DNA of 64,000 bases, taken from NCBI RefSeq assembly GCF_036321535.1, contig NC_087437.1, positions 105,588,001 through 105,652,000 of the forward strand, read 5' to 3'. This stretch comes from Camelus dromedarius (Eukaryota). The position numbers were made by a program, and so were the translations under genes. The notes below the pieces were generated by a model, which had not been told where the DNA came from, made no database searches, and worked only from the letters and a program-made list of their open reading frames with translations. Below, one piece after another: positions 38,217 through 53,200 of this stretch (position 1 is its first letter; every line of letters begins with the position of its first letter).

Positions 38217-39329
38217 GCCTGAATGCAAACTTGAGGCAAATTTATTCTGAGATACAAACTTGCTATGTAGGTATTTTGTGTTTGTGCAGAGGCCTATGCA
38301 TATATATGTATATACACTTGTATAAGAGGTACATATTTTTAAATTTTTAAATGGACTCACTCTAGATTTTTACCAGTCTGTGAATGTGAAGATGTGTGTT
38401 TGTGGGGAGGGCTCCTTCTTGCTTCATTACTAGGTATCCAGCAGGCTGTCTGCTCTCTCTCAGCCTCAGTGTTTCTGTCGTGATGACCCTCATAACTGAG
38501 GGTTCAGCCAGGGAATCACATAAAACCATGTGTCTTCTGAGGGCAGTGACGTTGTGATAGCAGCCCTAGAGAACTGTCCAAATGCAAGGTGATTATTTTA
38601 ATATTTGTCCATTTAATCCTTTTCAACCTTTACATCCAAAGTTATTCTATTCATATGAAAAGATTATTAGAGAACTATTTTAAGTAATAGTTTACATTAA
38701 AAATAAATCTTAATTTTTATTAATATTGACAAAGAATAATTTTATTTAAAGCCAAAGTAAAGGTAATAAAAAGTAAAAGTAATAATAGAGATGTGAACTA
38801 TCATGCTAGTTTGTATATTCATAGTTCCCAGAGTAAAATCTATTTTGAAAAAAAGGATGCAAACATAATTACCTGCTGATTGTCATTTCAGTCACGATTA
38901 TCCTCTGTGGTAAAGGCTATAACCAACTCAATTCAATTTATTTTTATATTGAGAGATTTGTACAAAGTATCCTATAATATGCAACAGAGAAATAAAGCAA
39001 TGAGAAATACTTTGTTTTATTGAACTTGCAGAATCTTATACAAATGGAGAGAAGATCCTGTCTGCAGATAAACTGACGCGCCATGAAAGAAAATTGGTGT
39101 TAAAGACTGCTTCTATTTCAAATAAATGTCCTTGCATACTTTATTTGCATAGGGAGAATTTAGGGGTGAAAAGTGAATGCATTTGTATCAGTAACCAATA
39201 TATATATTTTTTAATATTAAAGAAAAATTTAAAAGACATCTCCTGGGAGAGAAATTCTGTTCCAAAATTTCAGAAATCATTGTTGCTTCTTAATTTTGTT
39301 TCAAACCCCTACGTACATGCAGTTGAACT

Positions 39330-39842
39330 GTTGGATGGTAGAGATATTGAATAATATCCTCTAAACTAGGAAGGAATTTTCAGATGGAAAAATGAAGGAG
39401 GCAATTCTATAAAGTGCAATTATGAAGTTTACTGTAACTTACATACAGGCAGGATCAGGTGGAGGACAATCCAAAGGCATTTGCAGCTCATTTTGAAACC
39501 AAAGGAGAACAGGGGGATTTAAAGAGGCCAAAGCTAAAAAAATAGATCTGACTACTCAGGGAGAAGCACATCCACATTGTCGGAAACCAGGGAACCAGGT
39601 GTTTTTCCTCCCACTGGGGGGGGGGGGGTCTCATGACCATTCTTCCTGGTGAGCCATTAGCCATCTGTGTCAGGAAAAAGTTGTCTTCCAGTTTGCATAT
39701 CAGATGAAGGCAAAGATAAAAGTTGATAGGGAACTTACCTGGCTTGGGAGCATTTTTTGTAAGTAGGCTAGGCAGAAAGGGGAGGTAGGACCATGGGTTT
39801 AAGACGGAGCTGGCAAAATGGCGTCAGTGTGGTTCAGCCACA
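39330..39842 (-). mobile_element. Probable ERV LTR containing a G13 run
   Basis: Minus strand starts tgtggctgaaccacactgacgccattttgccagctccgtcttaaac (LTR-like start with a YY1-like gccatttt); higher-GC block; left boundary uncertain. Confidence 0.55.
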
Positions 39843-39849
39843 CATGGAC

Positions 39850-41080
39850 ATACCGTTGAATCTTGTTGATTTCAAAACGTATCCAGAATGGAGCCACCTG
39901 TCTGCATTACACATCTGTTCCAAGTCACCATCATCTCTTACCTGGATTAATACTGTGGCCTTTCAACTGGTTTCCTGGTTTCCTATCTTGCCCTCCCAAG
40001 TAGTGCTAACAAAAAGTGATGTTAAACCTAAGTCAGATCCTGTTACTCCTCAGCTGAAAAGCTTCACTTCACTCTGAGCAAACAAAAACACTCTCCCATG
40101 GCTTGTCAGGTCCTGCACATCTGACTCGGGGTCTCTTCTCTAAGCTCACCTCCTTGCAGGCCCCCCATTCCCTTACTCTACACGTTGGCTTCCATGGTGT
40201 TTCTAGAGAGCACCAGGTACTGTTCCACCGTGGGGTCACTATACTAAATTCTTCCTCTGGAGAGAAAGCTCTATTCCCATTTATCTTCATGGCTAACTCC
40301 ACTTCATCTGAGTCATTGCTCAAAAGTCAGCTTCTTTTATGGGTTGGATTGTGTTCCACTCAAAATTTACATTAAGTCCTAGTTTCTAATACCTCAGAAT
40401 GCTACCATATTTAGAAGGAGTCAGGGCAGACAGAACTAGTTAAGATGAGGTCCCCTGATGCAATATGACTGACATCCTTATAAAAGGGGAAGTTTAGAGA
40501 CAGACACGCCAGAGGGAAGAGTCTGTGGGAAGATACAGGGAGAACACCCTATGAGGGCAGAGATCAGAAGGATGCATCTCCAAGCTAAGGAATACCAAAG
40601 ATTGCCAGGAACCATCATAAGCCAAGGGAAAAGCACTGAACAGAATCTCCCTTACAACCCTCAGAAGAAATCAGCCCTGCCAACTCTTCTAGTGTCTGAG
40701 TTATATATACTTCTAGTCTCCAGAAGTGTGAGACAGTAAATCTCTTTTATTTGAGCCACCATGTTTGTGGCACTTGGTTCCAGGAACCCTTGGAAATTAA
40801 TACAGCTTTTCAGTGTGCTTTCACCTTGACCTTCTTTTTTTTAAAATTTCTTTATCATACATTCTCCACACGGACCCTACTTACCCAGTTATATTGTTCT
40901 ATAGCATTCAAAATAATTTACTCTTTTCATGTTAATTTTTAAATGTCTCCTTTCTTCAACTAGAATAGGAGCTCCACAAAGGCAGGCCTTTTTGTCTCAT
41001 TCACAGATGTAAGCAAGTGCTTTGAAAAAGCACCTGGCACAAGATAAGTTCTCAATATGTTTGCTAAATTAATGAATTAA
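39850..41080 (+). mobile_element. L2a 3' region, interrupted by MLT1C
   Basis: caccatcatctcttacctggattaatactg; aagtcagatcctgttactcctcagctgaaaa; tail aactagaataggagctccacaaaggcagg...cacctggcacaagataagttctcaatatgtttgctaaattaatgaat. Confidence 0.85.
40335..40804 (+). mobile_element. MLT1C MaLR solo LTR
   Basis: ttatgggttggattgtgttcc...ttaagatgaggtc...gatgcatctccaagctaaggaataccaaagattgccag...ggaaattaataca; 5-bp TSD gcttc/gcttt. Confidence 0.88.
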
Positions 41081-41354
41081 TACAAGGTAATAGACTACTC
41101 TAGGTTTCCTTATAAATGGAGAACACCGCAAGATATTTAACCTTGGCAGTATAGAACGCCACATCAACTTGTGAACCCAGAACCCATGCTTGAAAACGAG
41201 CATGAAATGCTATTGAGTAGGTATATATAAAAGGTAACAGATCAAAGAAGAATTTTTTTTTAAATAAAGGCACAATAGCTTAATATAAAACTATTGTATG
41301 TAGGTAGTAAAATGTAAAATTCCTGACAGGTTATTATGAAGCTGTACGATAATA

Positions 41355-41640
41355 TTATCCATCAACAACCAACAAGTGATAATTAAACTCATCTTAGTAT
41401 TAGTCAACGCTGTTCTAGGATCTGAAGGGATAATTATAACATTAAGTCATGGTTCATGGATCCAAATGTCTCTTGATGTAGCTAAGAGAAAATAACTAAT
41501 GTAAAGCAAATTATAGAACAAATAATTGTGTGATAATAAGAACCAAAAGAATTTAAACAAATACATAAAATGATTCAAAAACTGGAAAAGGTCATTTTGA
41601 GAAAATAAAACTTGAAGTGGATCTTGAAAAAAAGTCTAGC
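41355..41640 (-). mobile_element. L2 3' end fragment
   Basis: Weak similarity to the antisense L2 tail (cgctgttctaggatctgaagg; aacttgaagtggatcttgaa). Confidence 0.4.
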
Positions 41641-42139
41641 TATGTCTAAGACATGCTAGAAGATTTATTTATAACAGTTTCATTTACTATTATATTTTAT
41701 ATAATATATACAACTATATATTTCATCTACAGAATCATTCAAGGGAGCGAGGTTACATTGTATAGCTGTAAATGACTTTATAAATGTCATGTTTAAGAAA
41801 AAGAGTAAAATTGGAGAAATGAAAGAATTTCATTTCGTATACCTGCATGACACACAAAATATTATATTGCCCATATGAAAATTGAGATAATGCAAAAAAT
41901 ATATATATTATTATATAATAATAATTAGATAATTATATTATAGTTGTGTTTGTGCATGTGTGTTTGTGTGTGTGTTTGTGCCTATTCTGATGTGAACACA
42001 TCCATGGCAAAGAAAATATACTTCTTTATGATCCATAGAGATGAATACATATTCAAAAATGGTGTGTGTGTGACTCAGCAATCATAAAATAATAATTTTA
42101 TTTGTTTATTTTCATTTTGATGTTTTGAAATAAATGCAT

Positions 42140-43380
42140 GTAAAGACTGAGGCATTAAATCACCACCTAGGCTGAAAGGATTTCTAAAGCTAGGATATAG
42201 GAGAAGTGATAATTCCATAGAAGTGGTCCTGGAATTTAGGGCCACTTCTCTTAAAAAACTGTCAATTTCAAGAGATGAACAAGAGGTTGAGAAGCTAAGC
42301 AGAGCTTTAAGCAGATATGCAATACTGGGGACATAACACAATGAAGTTAAAGACAGAAAAAAATACTTTATTCTTGTAAGCATCACCGAATATCAGTCGA
42401 ATCCCTGCCCCATGCAAACTATAAATAAAGATGAACTTGATGTAGATCAGTTTACTCATAAGGTCCTCCTAGGAAAGAACTCAACCCCTGATTAAATTAA
42501 CATAAATGGGAGATTGCTAGTGCCTTTGAACTTGCTGTCTCTTTGTAACAAAAGTATATATTTCTTGATAAAAATAAACATTACTTTTAGTCTCAATTTT
42601 CCTGTACTTTTCACATAGAAACAAGCACTGAATCAGAAGTTATCAGACATACCAGAAGATCAGCAAATATTGCAAACCGTTAAGAAACACAGAATTAAAG
42701 GAAACAGATATTAAGTATAGATTTTGAAAAATATGTTTATAAAAATAAACCAATGTTTATTCAAGAACCAAAAAAGAAATTGGACATGAAAACTCAATGT
42801 ATATGTTTAACAGCAGATGAGACACAGGTGAAGAGAAAGTTAATGAGCAGAAAGGTATGTCAGCAGTACATATCTAGAGAAAAGCACAAGAGTTAAAAGG
42901 AAGGAGAATGTAGAATAGAGTGAAAAGAGCACATGTAATATGATGAAAAACCCTAACATATATTTAATTAAAGAAGAAGAGGTGAGAGAGAATTATTAAG
43001 AAGCAACAATTGAAGAGGTTATGTCTGAGAATTATCAAAAACTAGAAATAATATAAAGCCATAAATTAAAGAAATGCAATAAATTCTAAGAAATTAAAAG
43101 GACACCAGACTTCAAAACAAAACAAAACAACAAGACAACATTGCACAGCTGTTGAAAACCAAAGATACAGAGAAAAGCTTAAAAACAGCCAGAGATTGGG
43201 GTAGAAGACAAGGGATGGGGACGTAAGAGGAATTTTACCTGCAACGTAACAATATAAGGGCTTACACCTAACACTTCAACAATAACAATAGAAGCCAAAT
43301 GATAATAGAAAAATATTTTCAAATAATTCAAAATAATTATATGTCAACCTCAAATTCTCTACCCTCCCTAAAATATCTCC
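42140..43380 (+). mobile_element. Old L1M/HAL1 5' region and decayed ORF1
   Basis: KNSMYMFNSR*DTGEEKVNE resembles the ORF1p coiled-coil motif NSRLDTAEERISE; tgtcaacctcaaattctctaccct encodes CQPQILYP, resembling CQPRILYP. Confidence 0.75.
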
Positions 43381-44009
43381 ATTCCTAACTTTCCTTACCT
43401 TTTGAGTGACTTCTGTGTGCCCCCTCTAGGCTTAATTTACATACATTTATTGAGCTGGTTTGTTTATATTCTCAATTCAGCATCAAAATTGGTTCTGTGT
43501 CTGTATTATATTTAGTGAGATTATTTATCATGAAGCTTATCTTATAAGCTTAATAGACGTTTTTAATCATATGTGTACGTGCCAAACTATCTCTTGACAG
43601 TGTTCCTTCTTAAAAGTTAATATACAAAATTCCTCTTTAAATAGGGTTAAAAGGGAAATACTGGTTACCTTCAAGGTATTTTTTTTCATGTTAATAAAAA
43701 TGCATGATAATTTAAATAAATGCATAATTTAAAGTCTTTCATTGATTCATGTAATTACATATCCAATCCTAGGAATGTGAACAGTACCTGATGTCTAGTA
43801 GCCACTCACAAATTCTCATACTCAGGAAATACCATTGTGTGTGGCCACATATTTTGCTTATTCGATTAAGTCCTCCTGTAAGTCCACCATCTCTTCCTTC
43901 TCTACTTTCCTGATTCAATCAATGACAGCAAACTGTTGATACACATTTATCTCTTTCTAACATTTAGTTTCTGTTTCTTTCAGTTGAAATTAATTTCATC
44001 TTACTTTTC

Positions 44010-44500
44010 ATACTTTTTTAACTTTTCATTCTGAAGTAATTTCATACATACAAAAAGGTTGCAAAAATAGTACAGAGTTCATTTACATATCCAGCTTCCC
44101 CATGAGGCAATACCTTATAAAACCAAAGAATTATAAAAAAGAACAAATTAACATTGTTGACTTACAATACTGTAATATATATGATACTGTTAACCAATCT
44201 AGAAATGCTATTCAAATTTCACCAGATATAATATTAAGTTCCCTTTTGAGTCCCAGAAGCCAAATTCAGGATCACATATTGTACTTAGTTGTCATGTCTC
44301 CATATTTTCCTCCAATCTGGGATGGTTCTTCAACCTGTCTTTCATGACTTTGAAATTATTGAATATTATTGGTCAATTACTGCATAGAATTCCCATCCAT
44401 TTGCCTTTGTCTAATACACAGCACAGAAATTATGCAGTGTTATTCCCATTGCATCATATCAAGAGGTATGAGATGTGATATTGTTACTGACGATATTTAT
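44010..44500 (-). mobile_element. L1MC/MD-type 3' UTR
   Basis: ttttcattctgaagtaatttcatacatacaaaaaggttgcaaaaatagtacagag; caggatcacatattgtacttagttgtcatgtctc. Confidence 0.8.
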
Positions 44501-45959
44501 AATGGAGGAAAATATTTCATAGGTATGAGGTAAATGAATAAAAGCATTTTTGAAAGAAACTCTGCAAGCTTTCCATCAAATTTAAGATACATAGATTTTA
44601 AAAGGCATCATTGACATATCCATTTTTAAACAAAACTTATGCTTCCAAATAAAGTATGGCATCATAAATTTCTATCACTTAGATATGTCATATTAACTTA
44701 CAAAAATCTATTTTGTTTCCACTTAGATCATATAAATGCTGACAATAGGAGCAGATACAAGCAAACTGAGCAAGAGCAGGCAGGAAATGTGGAGTGTATC
44801 ACCACAACTGCTGCCAGACAAACTCTGGTTGTGATTCTCTCCTTAGGGTCACCAATGTCAAAATAGGAGAAAATATATTACCGTAGAATCAATGAGAATG
44901 AGTAAGTTAGTACCCTGGAACCAGGGTCAGAAGTCACACTTTGTATTGTAGGTGCTGGGAGTCCATCAGAGCAGGCCAGTAACATGACCAGAGTCAGGCT
45001 TTAGGTACTGGATCATTCTACTGCCCAGGAAAGGTAGTGAGGGAAAAGTGTCTGTCTGAGTTTGGAAATCACATTGCTAAGAAAAGAAAAAGCACACAGC
45101 TACTTACATACCCATACTTTTTCACCCAGAGCCACAGGGCTGTGCTAAGTGTACCCTGCTTAATGCAAACATTGGGAAAAAAAGAGGACAATTTTAGAAA
45201 ACAAACATAAAAGAGATCTTGAAATCCTGATTGTCAAAGCTGGAGATCGTTTTCTCATTTCACAATGTGAGGTCCCATGGATTTTCTTATATTCTTGACC
45301 CAGTGATTGAATAATACATACAATTACAATAGTAGGAAATTTAACAAAACAATTAGGAAAAAAAAGTATTCAATTATAGATATTAGTTTACTGGAGTAAT
45401 AAATACTTACCTTTGTAAATTGAAAAGTGTATTTCCAAAAATGTACTGTGTAGGATCAGAAAACCTAAATAAATTGTTTTAATTAGAGAAACTATCAGTG
45501 TATGTCAGAGAAATAAGGTCATTCTACTAGGTGTACATAGATCCATTACTAAGGTGACTGGAGTTTGCTCAGGAAAATCCTTATTGACACTTATTGTCCC
45601 AGAATAATCTTCAATACCATTCCTTTTCTCTCTCAAAACTGTCCCAGTTTGATAAGAAAGCTATATGGCCATTGTACTAATAACTGAATGTACGTATCCC
45701 AGAGGGAGTTTAAAATAGTTGGTTTAGGATACACGATGTCAAAAAAAAATACTTATTTTCACCTTAATTCCAATCAAGGCATGAGAGGTAGAATCTAAAA
45801 TTATAGCTGTTCTATTATATACTTCCAAAATGTGTCTTTAATTCAAAAAATGCATTTATATGTTAAGTTTCTTATGCTAGTTCTATTTGTCACTTTTTGG
45901 AAATGTACGGGCTGCTCAGGAAATTTTCTAGGTAATTTTAATAGGTACAAACAGCACCG

Positions 45960-46190
45960 GGTATGTAGAGAGCAGAGAATAGCGAGGACTTTTCGAAAAC
46001 TTTTGAATCCTGGTTGAGTGACCTTGGTGAGTCATTCAAGTCTTCTGCACCTGTTTGATAATTTGTAAATTAAGAATTATTACTACACTTACCTTAAGAG
46101 TCACTGTAATGACTAAATCAGTGATAAAGTTTATCTATAAATTAGATATGGTACCTGCCATTTTGTAAGCATGATGTAAGTGTTTAGATA
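45960..46190 (+). mobile_element. MIR SINE
   Basis: ttgaatcctgg...gagtgaccttggtgagtcattcaagtcttctgcacctgttt...tgtaaa resembles the MIR core. Confidence 0.65.
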
Positions 46191-46509
46191 AAGATAAATA
46201 TATAAAGATAAAGAGTAAGATATATACCCTGATAGATAAAGAATTTACGTTTATTACTAAGTCTCCTATAAAGGTTAGAATTCTCTTGGGAGAAAGGGCG
46301 AGGCGGATGGGTTTTCAAGCACAACATTTTGACAGGACACACTTAAAGAGGATAAACAAAAATCTTTGCCAAGGAAGTGAAAATGGATCTTTAACCCTCT
46401 TCAGGACTCTGCACTACACAAATGTGAGATAACTTGTGGGGATATGACATGGTACAACTTCCAAGAGCCTTGAATATATTTCTTAAAATAGCTGAAAATT
46501 AAAGTGGAA

Positions 46510-47180
46510 ACAAGAAAATTTTAGCTTCCTTGTCTTTTCTCTCTATCTCTTACTTCATGCCTCATATGTCATCAAGTCTTACTGACATCGCCTTTACATA
46601 TTTTGAAAATGTGCCCATACGTTCTCATTTCCACCTGTACCACTCTGCTTCATGCCACCATCATCTTTATTTTAGTTGCCTACTAATTGGTCTCTCTGTT
46701 CTGCCCTCATCGTCCATTCAGTGTACTCTCCCAATAGCAAGAGCTATTCAGTTAAAGCAGAAGACATACCTTATCTCTCAAAATCATCCAGTGGTTTTCC
46801 AACCTATCATAGCAACAGTCAAGTCCTTACAGTTGAGCACAAGGCCTTAAGTGATCTTATCCCTGTACATCTTTTAAAGTATGCTAGTATTGTCTCCCTT
46901 CTTCGTGTTTGTAGAAGCCACACTGACTCCATGCTTGTAACCAACTGGTATGTTGATGACTCATGGACTTGTGCATATTTTTCCTTGTACATGAAAACTC
47001 GCCTCCCATATAGTCATGCAGCACCTCCTTCAGCTTTTGACTAAAGTTTTTCTTTCACCAAACCTTTTCTTGACCTTGTGAGAGAAGGAATTTCTGTCTG
47101 TTTTGGTCCCTGCTCCATGGCCAGTGTCTGACATGGTTTCCAACACATAATAAGCTCTCAATAAATATAGGGTGACTAAA
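46510..47180 (+). mobile_element. L2 3' region
   Basis: catgccaccatcatctt; gcctactaattggtctctctg; aagtccttacagttgagcacaaggcc; tail acacataataagctctcaataaata. Confidence 0.8.
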
Positions 47181-49919
47181 GAAACATTGCATTAGCTATT
47201 TTATTACTCACCTTTTGACAGCTAGAGGATAACCGTGTTAATTCAATATGTCAGCCATGATTTAGGTTAAGGGTCAAGTTTTCACTTCAAACTGAATTCC
47301 AATATCCAGTTTCTTTTTGTTGTGTGAAATACATTTTGCTAAAATATAACTGCAGAAAGTGGAATAAATTGGATTGAAATACTAATATTATCTGGATGTT
47401 TAATATACTTTAGCAGCCCTTAATAATTATCATCAAAAGAATAATAGAAAAGATTCTATGTAATTGACTAGTAAAGTACAATATACTAGTAAAATGCTTT
47501 GCAAACTAATGAAAAAAAAGTGGTTAATTATGAAGTGATGGCTATTGAGCTGCACATTCGAGTGCTTTCATTTCAGCAAATGATTGTTACCATCCTGGAA
47601 CTTATAATAGTACAATGTAAATTCTCAATCTGTAAAAAAAGTACAAAATGAAACACCATTACTTTTATGGAGTATGGGCTTATTTATCTATTAAAATAAG
47701 CATCATATGCATTAACCACAAATTTATTTTAATAGACCTTTCTCATGCAGGAACATCTATGCTTACTAAGTATCCAATAGGACAAGATTTCCTTTTTCTT
47801 CTTTGTAGATCAGCAGCATTTCAAGGCATGAGGAATGAATACACGCATCTGATATTGCCTTCAGAGTACTTAAACTTGGGTCATGTGGGGGGTTTTTTGT
47901 GATTAAAAAAATAAAAAGCACACACACAAAAAAAACAGAAATTCTGAGGAATGCAGCTTTCTAGAATAACCAGTTAAGTTTTCTGGTTTTCTAGATCTAA
48001 CTTTACATTTGGAGTTGGAGAAGTAGGGAGGTTTCCCATAGTTTAGAGGTCCCTCTTTCCCTTCAAGTAAAGCATGCTTCCTAGCAGCCTTCCTTAACCA
48101 ACCATTCTAAAGACTCACTCTCTCCTTTTCAAAAAATTGTCTCTTCTGAAAACACTTGATCAGTGACCACTCAGACAGCACATATAGAATGAATCTATGA
48201 ACATGCTTAGCCAGAAAGTCCTATCAGCATTCTTTGTATTACAAGATCAAGCTTAGATTTATTACATCCAAATGAGAAAATATCATAGTAGAAATAGTAA
48301 TCTCTAGAAAATATGTTTATATCAAAAATATAGTAAACTTTTTTTACTAAGCTCCTTAAAAGTGATAGCTATGTGACCACAGCATGATTTCATAAATAAT
48401 TAATATGATTAGTAGATGTGTCTCCTCTAAATCTTACAAAATAGTGTTCTAAACTATGCTTTCTGGGGTAGATGAATCACAGATATTAATCTGAAGTCTG
48501 CTAAACAAAAGAAGAGACCTGTGTATATTCATTAACATATTGGTATGTCTTGAATTAATACATTTTTGGCCATTTACTCATTTCATATTGTTTCTGCTTC
48601 TCTGGCTACTTCCTATGAAATGATTTCTTACCTCTCTCAGATACCATGTGTTGAGTCCGAGACAAAAGGATATTAAAATGGAATCAGATATTTTAGGAAG
48701 TCAGCCACCCCTTTAATAATAGCTTTGAGCGTCCATTATTTTGATAATAAATTTTTTGTGTTTTTTGTAAGATCCAAGTAAAGAAATATCTATGTTAATA
48801 ATGTATTTGAAACTTTAACAATTGTTTTCAAATGTTAACTCATCTTCTGCATGTGCACTTAAGAGAGTCAGTGACCTAATATACTTTACTTTGGAAAATG
48901 CAAACGTGCTTATTGCAGCAAAACTCGCTCTGATAAGAAGGTCAACAATGTAGTGCAAACTCAATGCACTGCATTCATCTTCTAGATTCATTACCAAAGT
49001 GTCCTTTGAGTCTAACTGTCTTCATTTAAGAAACAAAGAACAATACACTAAAGAAGCATTTTATTTCCCAAAAGTAATACCCTGGAAAATTCCTATGTAG
49101 GATTTAATTAGGTGAGATGTCTTCAAGTGAGTAATTAGCTCACTCACCAGATGATCTCCGAAATGTTTCTCTGAAGACAGACCTATTATATGTTCACCTC
49201 CAGGTACCAGGGGGTAACATCTTATTAATGCCTCCGATGAAACTGTTCTGCTTCCACAAGCATAGTTCCAAATAGACAGCACATCAAATAAAATGGATTC
49301 TTTCTAATCAGTTGTTCAATAAAGGGCATTTTACATATTTATGCATTTTCTAAAACTAAGTTTCTAGTTTTTATAGCAAAAAATGGAGAAATTTGAATAC
49401 ATTGAATTATTTTGCTCACTAAAAGATACCAATTGTGAGCAGTTATTATGGGGAAAATATCAGGTATTATTATTTTCTAGAAAACTACTGAACAAGTACC
49501 ATTAGTTATACATCAAAAGAGTGAATTTTATATTATTTTCTTTATAGGACCCATCCTCTTTTCCTATAAATAAATGCAACATTAAAGTTATTTTATTGGA
49601 GATTCGACTTACCTAACATGCATTGTTTACATACAAATAGATCCAGGCATTCCTATTCCAGTTTATATGAATTATAAGTTTAACACTGAGAGAGTAATCT
49701 ACTTTTCTTTCAGTATCAGTGCCAAGAAGACAAACCTGTCAAATTGTAGCTTTGTCATCAACATGATCTATGTGCTGTCACTCTGATCTATATGCTGAAG
49801 ATATCTATGTAATGTCTTCAAAAAATCATCGAAGTGTGTATACCCATGAAAATCACATGTCTATCCACAATAGAAGAAAAGTAATATATTCAATTTATGG
49901 CACATACAAATTAGTTTAC

Positions 49920-50262
49920 AACTAGGATAAAATCTTAGACCCTTCACAGTTTGGGACAGTTTGGGACACTTTTGGCAATGAATATGATACTGGCAAGTGC
50001 GTGACCTTCTGGAAGAGGAAGAATGAAAGCCATGTAAACTGTTTAAGAGGATTTGAGAGAAATCTGTTGAAATTAATGGTGAAAATGTTGTATGGTCAAC
50101 TGGGACACAAGTAGTCTTTGATTTTATTGACTACAACTGAGGAGAAATTGGACAGATGGCAAACCAAATGCCAGGAAGCAGAATCAAAAAATCACGGTGC
50201 CCTGGTTTTGCTCACTGTCCTATGAGGAGGGAGTTCTTGTCACCAAGTCTAGGTCACCCTCA
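49920..50262. mobile_element. Possible hAT-Tip100 (MER96B-like) remnant
   Basis: Repeated gggaca subterminal motifs (tttgggacacttttg, actgggacac) and an end ggtcaccct. Confidence 0.35.
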
Positions 50263-53200
50263 GGTCCACCACATTGTGGCAACTAACATCAAGATCTGTA
50301 CAGGATAGGCAGAAAATCTGAACGCTTTTCAAATGGGGTTACAAAGATGTGCACCTACATTGAATATAAAAGTATGGGATTTAAGACTGCTATGGGCCGA
50401 AAGCAAGCACGTGATCAAACTTTCACTGGTTCTCTTGGGAAAAGTGGGGCAAAGAATGAAATGCTTATGAAGGACAAATGGCAACAGCTGGGACATCTTA
50501 GGTCTCAGAGCCTCCCACACTCCTTAGATTTATTAAGAGGTAACACTCAAGGGTCTCAGAATTTCAGTATAGTGAATCTTGCCTGCCAAAAGGGCACTTT
50601 GGCTTTCTTGGGAATATTTCCCTTAGAGACAAATTCTCACAGAAAATGTATAAATAAGGTGGCCTAGTATTTTACTCCTTAAGTTCTCATAGCCTTGGGT
50701 TGGGTTTATAAATCCAGTGATGGTGGAAGACTGAAATGTGAGACAGCCTCTTGATATATTCTTGTGTTCATACTTGTTTACCCTGAAAACCCCCCTTAAA
50801 TCTTATGTAGAAAGTTGTGAAAAATTTAAGAGACAGTATCTTGGTCATATAGGAGCAAATGCCCCCAGATTAAGGTAGACTCCTAGAAAAATGTCACAGG
50901 TGTGTGAGCCAAACCCCAGTCACCCAGAGGGAGCATACTCCTTGTCCCCGAGCCATAGAACAGTGTGGCTGCCATTTTGAATCAAAGGATCTTCAAACTT
51001 GAAATAGGCAGTGTTACTAATGCTGCCCTCACAGACCAATAGGGGGCTCTAGTATGTTTGAATAAGACATTAGAAACTAAGTGTAAATGCATCTGCTTCT
51101 GGTTGCAAGCCACCCTCCCCCACTGCATTAACCCTCTACCTCAGCTTGAGATGCTCTAAGAAAAAAGATGATGAAGGGTGAGACCAAGATCTCACTGACT
51201 CCAAAGAAGATTGAAAACTATATGCATGTATTCAAGTATGTAGGGAAACAGTTTTCCTAGAAGCTGACAATTGAAGGTGAGCGATAGCAGACCATAAAGG
51301 GGACTATACAGAAGTGATTTTGGTGAACTAGGTGTGAGTGTTCATGCATGTGTATGTGTCTTGTGCAAGCAATGATCTAGCTCATTTTCCATGCTGGCCA
51401 TGCTGAGTCTGAGTACAAGTTGTAGGAATGTCCTGAACTCAGATCAACTGAAGAAAGATCAGGCATTAGGAGCTGGGGAGATAACTCAAGAAAAAAGTAA
51501 ACTGTTACAAGCCTGTGAATGGAGGTGAAACACAAAGAACCAGCATGTCTCAGAACTCATTATCACCATGGCAGAGGCAGAAAAGCAAGGAGAGACTAAA
51601 AGTGCCGGAATGAGAACTTTAAACAAAGCATCCAGCAGTAGGGGACAGGTGAGGGGTAAATGGTGCTGCTTTGGGAATAAAGTAATCCCCACAGACTTAA
51701 GAAAGGGGACTCTGAAGCCTTCAAAGCTCATCTCTATCCTTATTATTTTATAAACTCTGCCTCTGTTCCCAATTCCTAGGCACCATAACACCTATGTCTT
51801 CCCTTATTCTGGATCCTGACTACGTCCTTTCCAGGACTGAGATGACTTTATGGGTAATTCTCTAGTGTCAACCCTTCTTAGCCTTCTTACCTTAGGAATT
51901 CTTCACGGTCATTTCTCTGCCCTCTCTTTCTAGTACTGAGTTCACATTTCATCCATGACCTGGCCTATCACTACCCACCCACAAACAGGCACAAAGAGAT
52001 CCCCCCACAACCACCACTCTCTTCTCCCGCAGGAACATTTCCCTTCCTTGTCCCCCAAGGACAAATGATCAAAATACGAGGAACGGAAACAAAGCATGAC
52101 AGCCCAAGTGGATCCTGTTCATGAAGAGAGAACATTTGATTCAGTCGATTTCATGTAATGTGCCTTGTGTGAGGACATCTACTAGCCTTGTTTAGACCAA
52201 AGTTTGGGCCAAAAATATAAGTACTTTGTCGTAATTATAGCTAAGGGAGAACCACGTAGGATAATGTATAACATTCTGGGTAAGAAGAGAGGAAGATTCT
52301 TGTTTTTATTATATTTAAAAACTCCAATCATAGACATAAAAATTCTTGATCCATGAACAATGACAGAACTATGCATTTGTATAACATCTGTTTCCATGTA
52401 ATCTAAGTAGCAAATGTTACCTACAGAATATATAAATGCAGATTTTTGTATAAAAAACATCTTTTACAAATACATTTTTCTTTCCATTTAGGTAATAGCC
52501 TCAAGCCAAGCCAGATACACAATAGTATTCTGACTGAGGGTCTGTTTGATGTAGAAAAACAGAGTTGTTTTCCTCCTGTTCTATATATAATATGCTTTTT
52601 TCCCCCCATTTAATTCACTTCTTAAAAAATACATGAATTTTAGCATTTAAAAGATAATAAATTATTAGTGAGAGTTAAAAATAGAAAATCTTATTTTCAT
52701 ATTTAAACCTCAGTGTCTCTTTTAATCATCAAGAGAAGAGAAAGTTAATGAAACAAGAACTATAGTTTATGAATGTGATATTATAATTAAAATTTTTATT
52801 TCTCTTTACGCTTTTGATCAAATTAAGCTAATACCCTTACAGTGACCATACTTGTAGTTAGGCATGACAGGTATTTTTAAAAATAGTAACTTTTCATATG
52901 GAAATAATTCTCCTCATTTCTCTACCTACAGCAAGAATTAGGGACATATATATATATGGTAGCTGCACCATTTAACTTCCTAAAGAAGCTGTAAGACCCA
53001 ACTATGATGACCTGATGTCCTTTTATTTTGGAATAATATGTGGCTTATCTTGCTTCTTTCCCTAAAAATCTTAACCAAAATGTTACAATTAAAAAAAAAA
53101 AAAAACTGATCCTGCTTCTTCTTCCTTTTTTTCTTTAAATTGACTTAGTCTCACATGATATCCAAGGGAATTAGTATGAAATGCTGTGATCCGTGTCATT

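Noticed and set aside
39734..39743. U1 snRNA 5' end (acttacctgg)
   Set aside because: Only ~10 nt match with no further U1 similarity; equivalent to a minus-strand splice-donor motif within a probable LTR.
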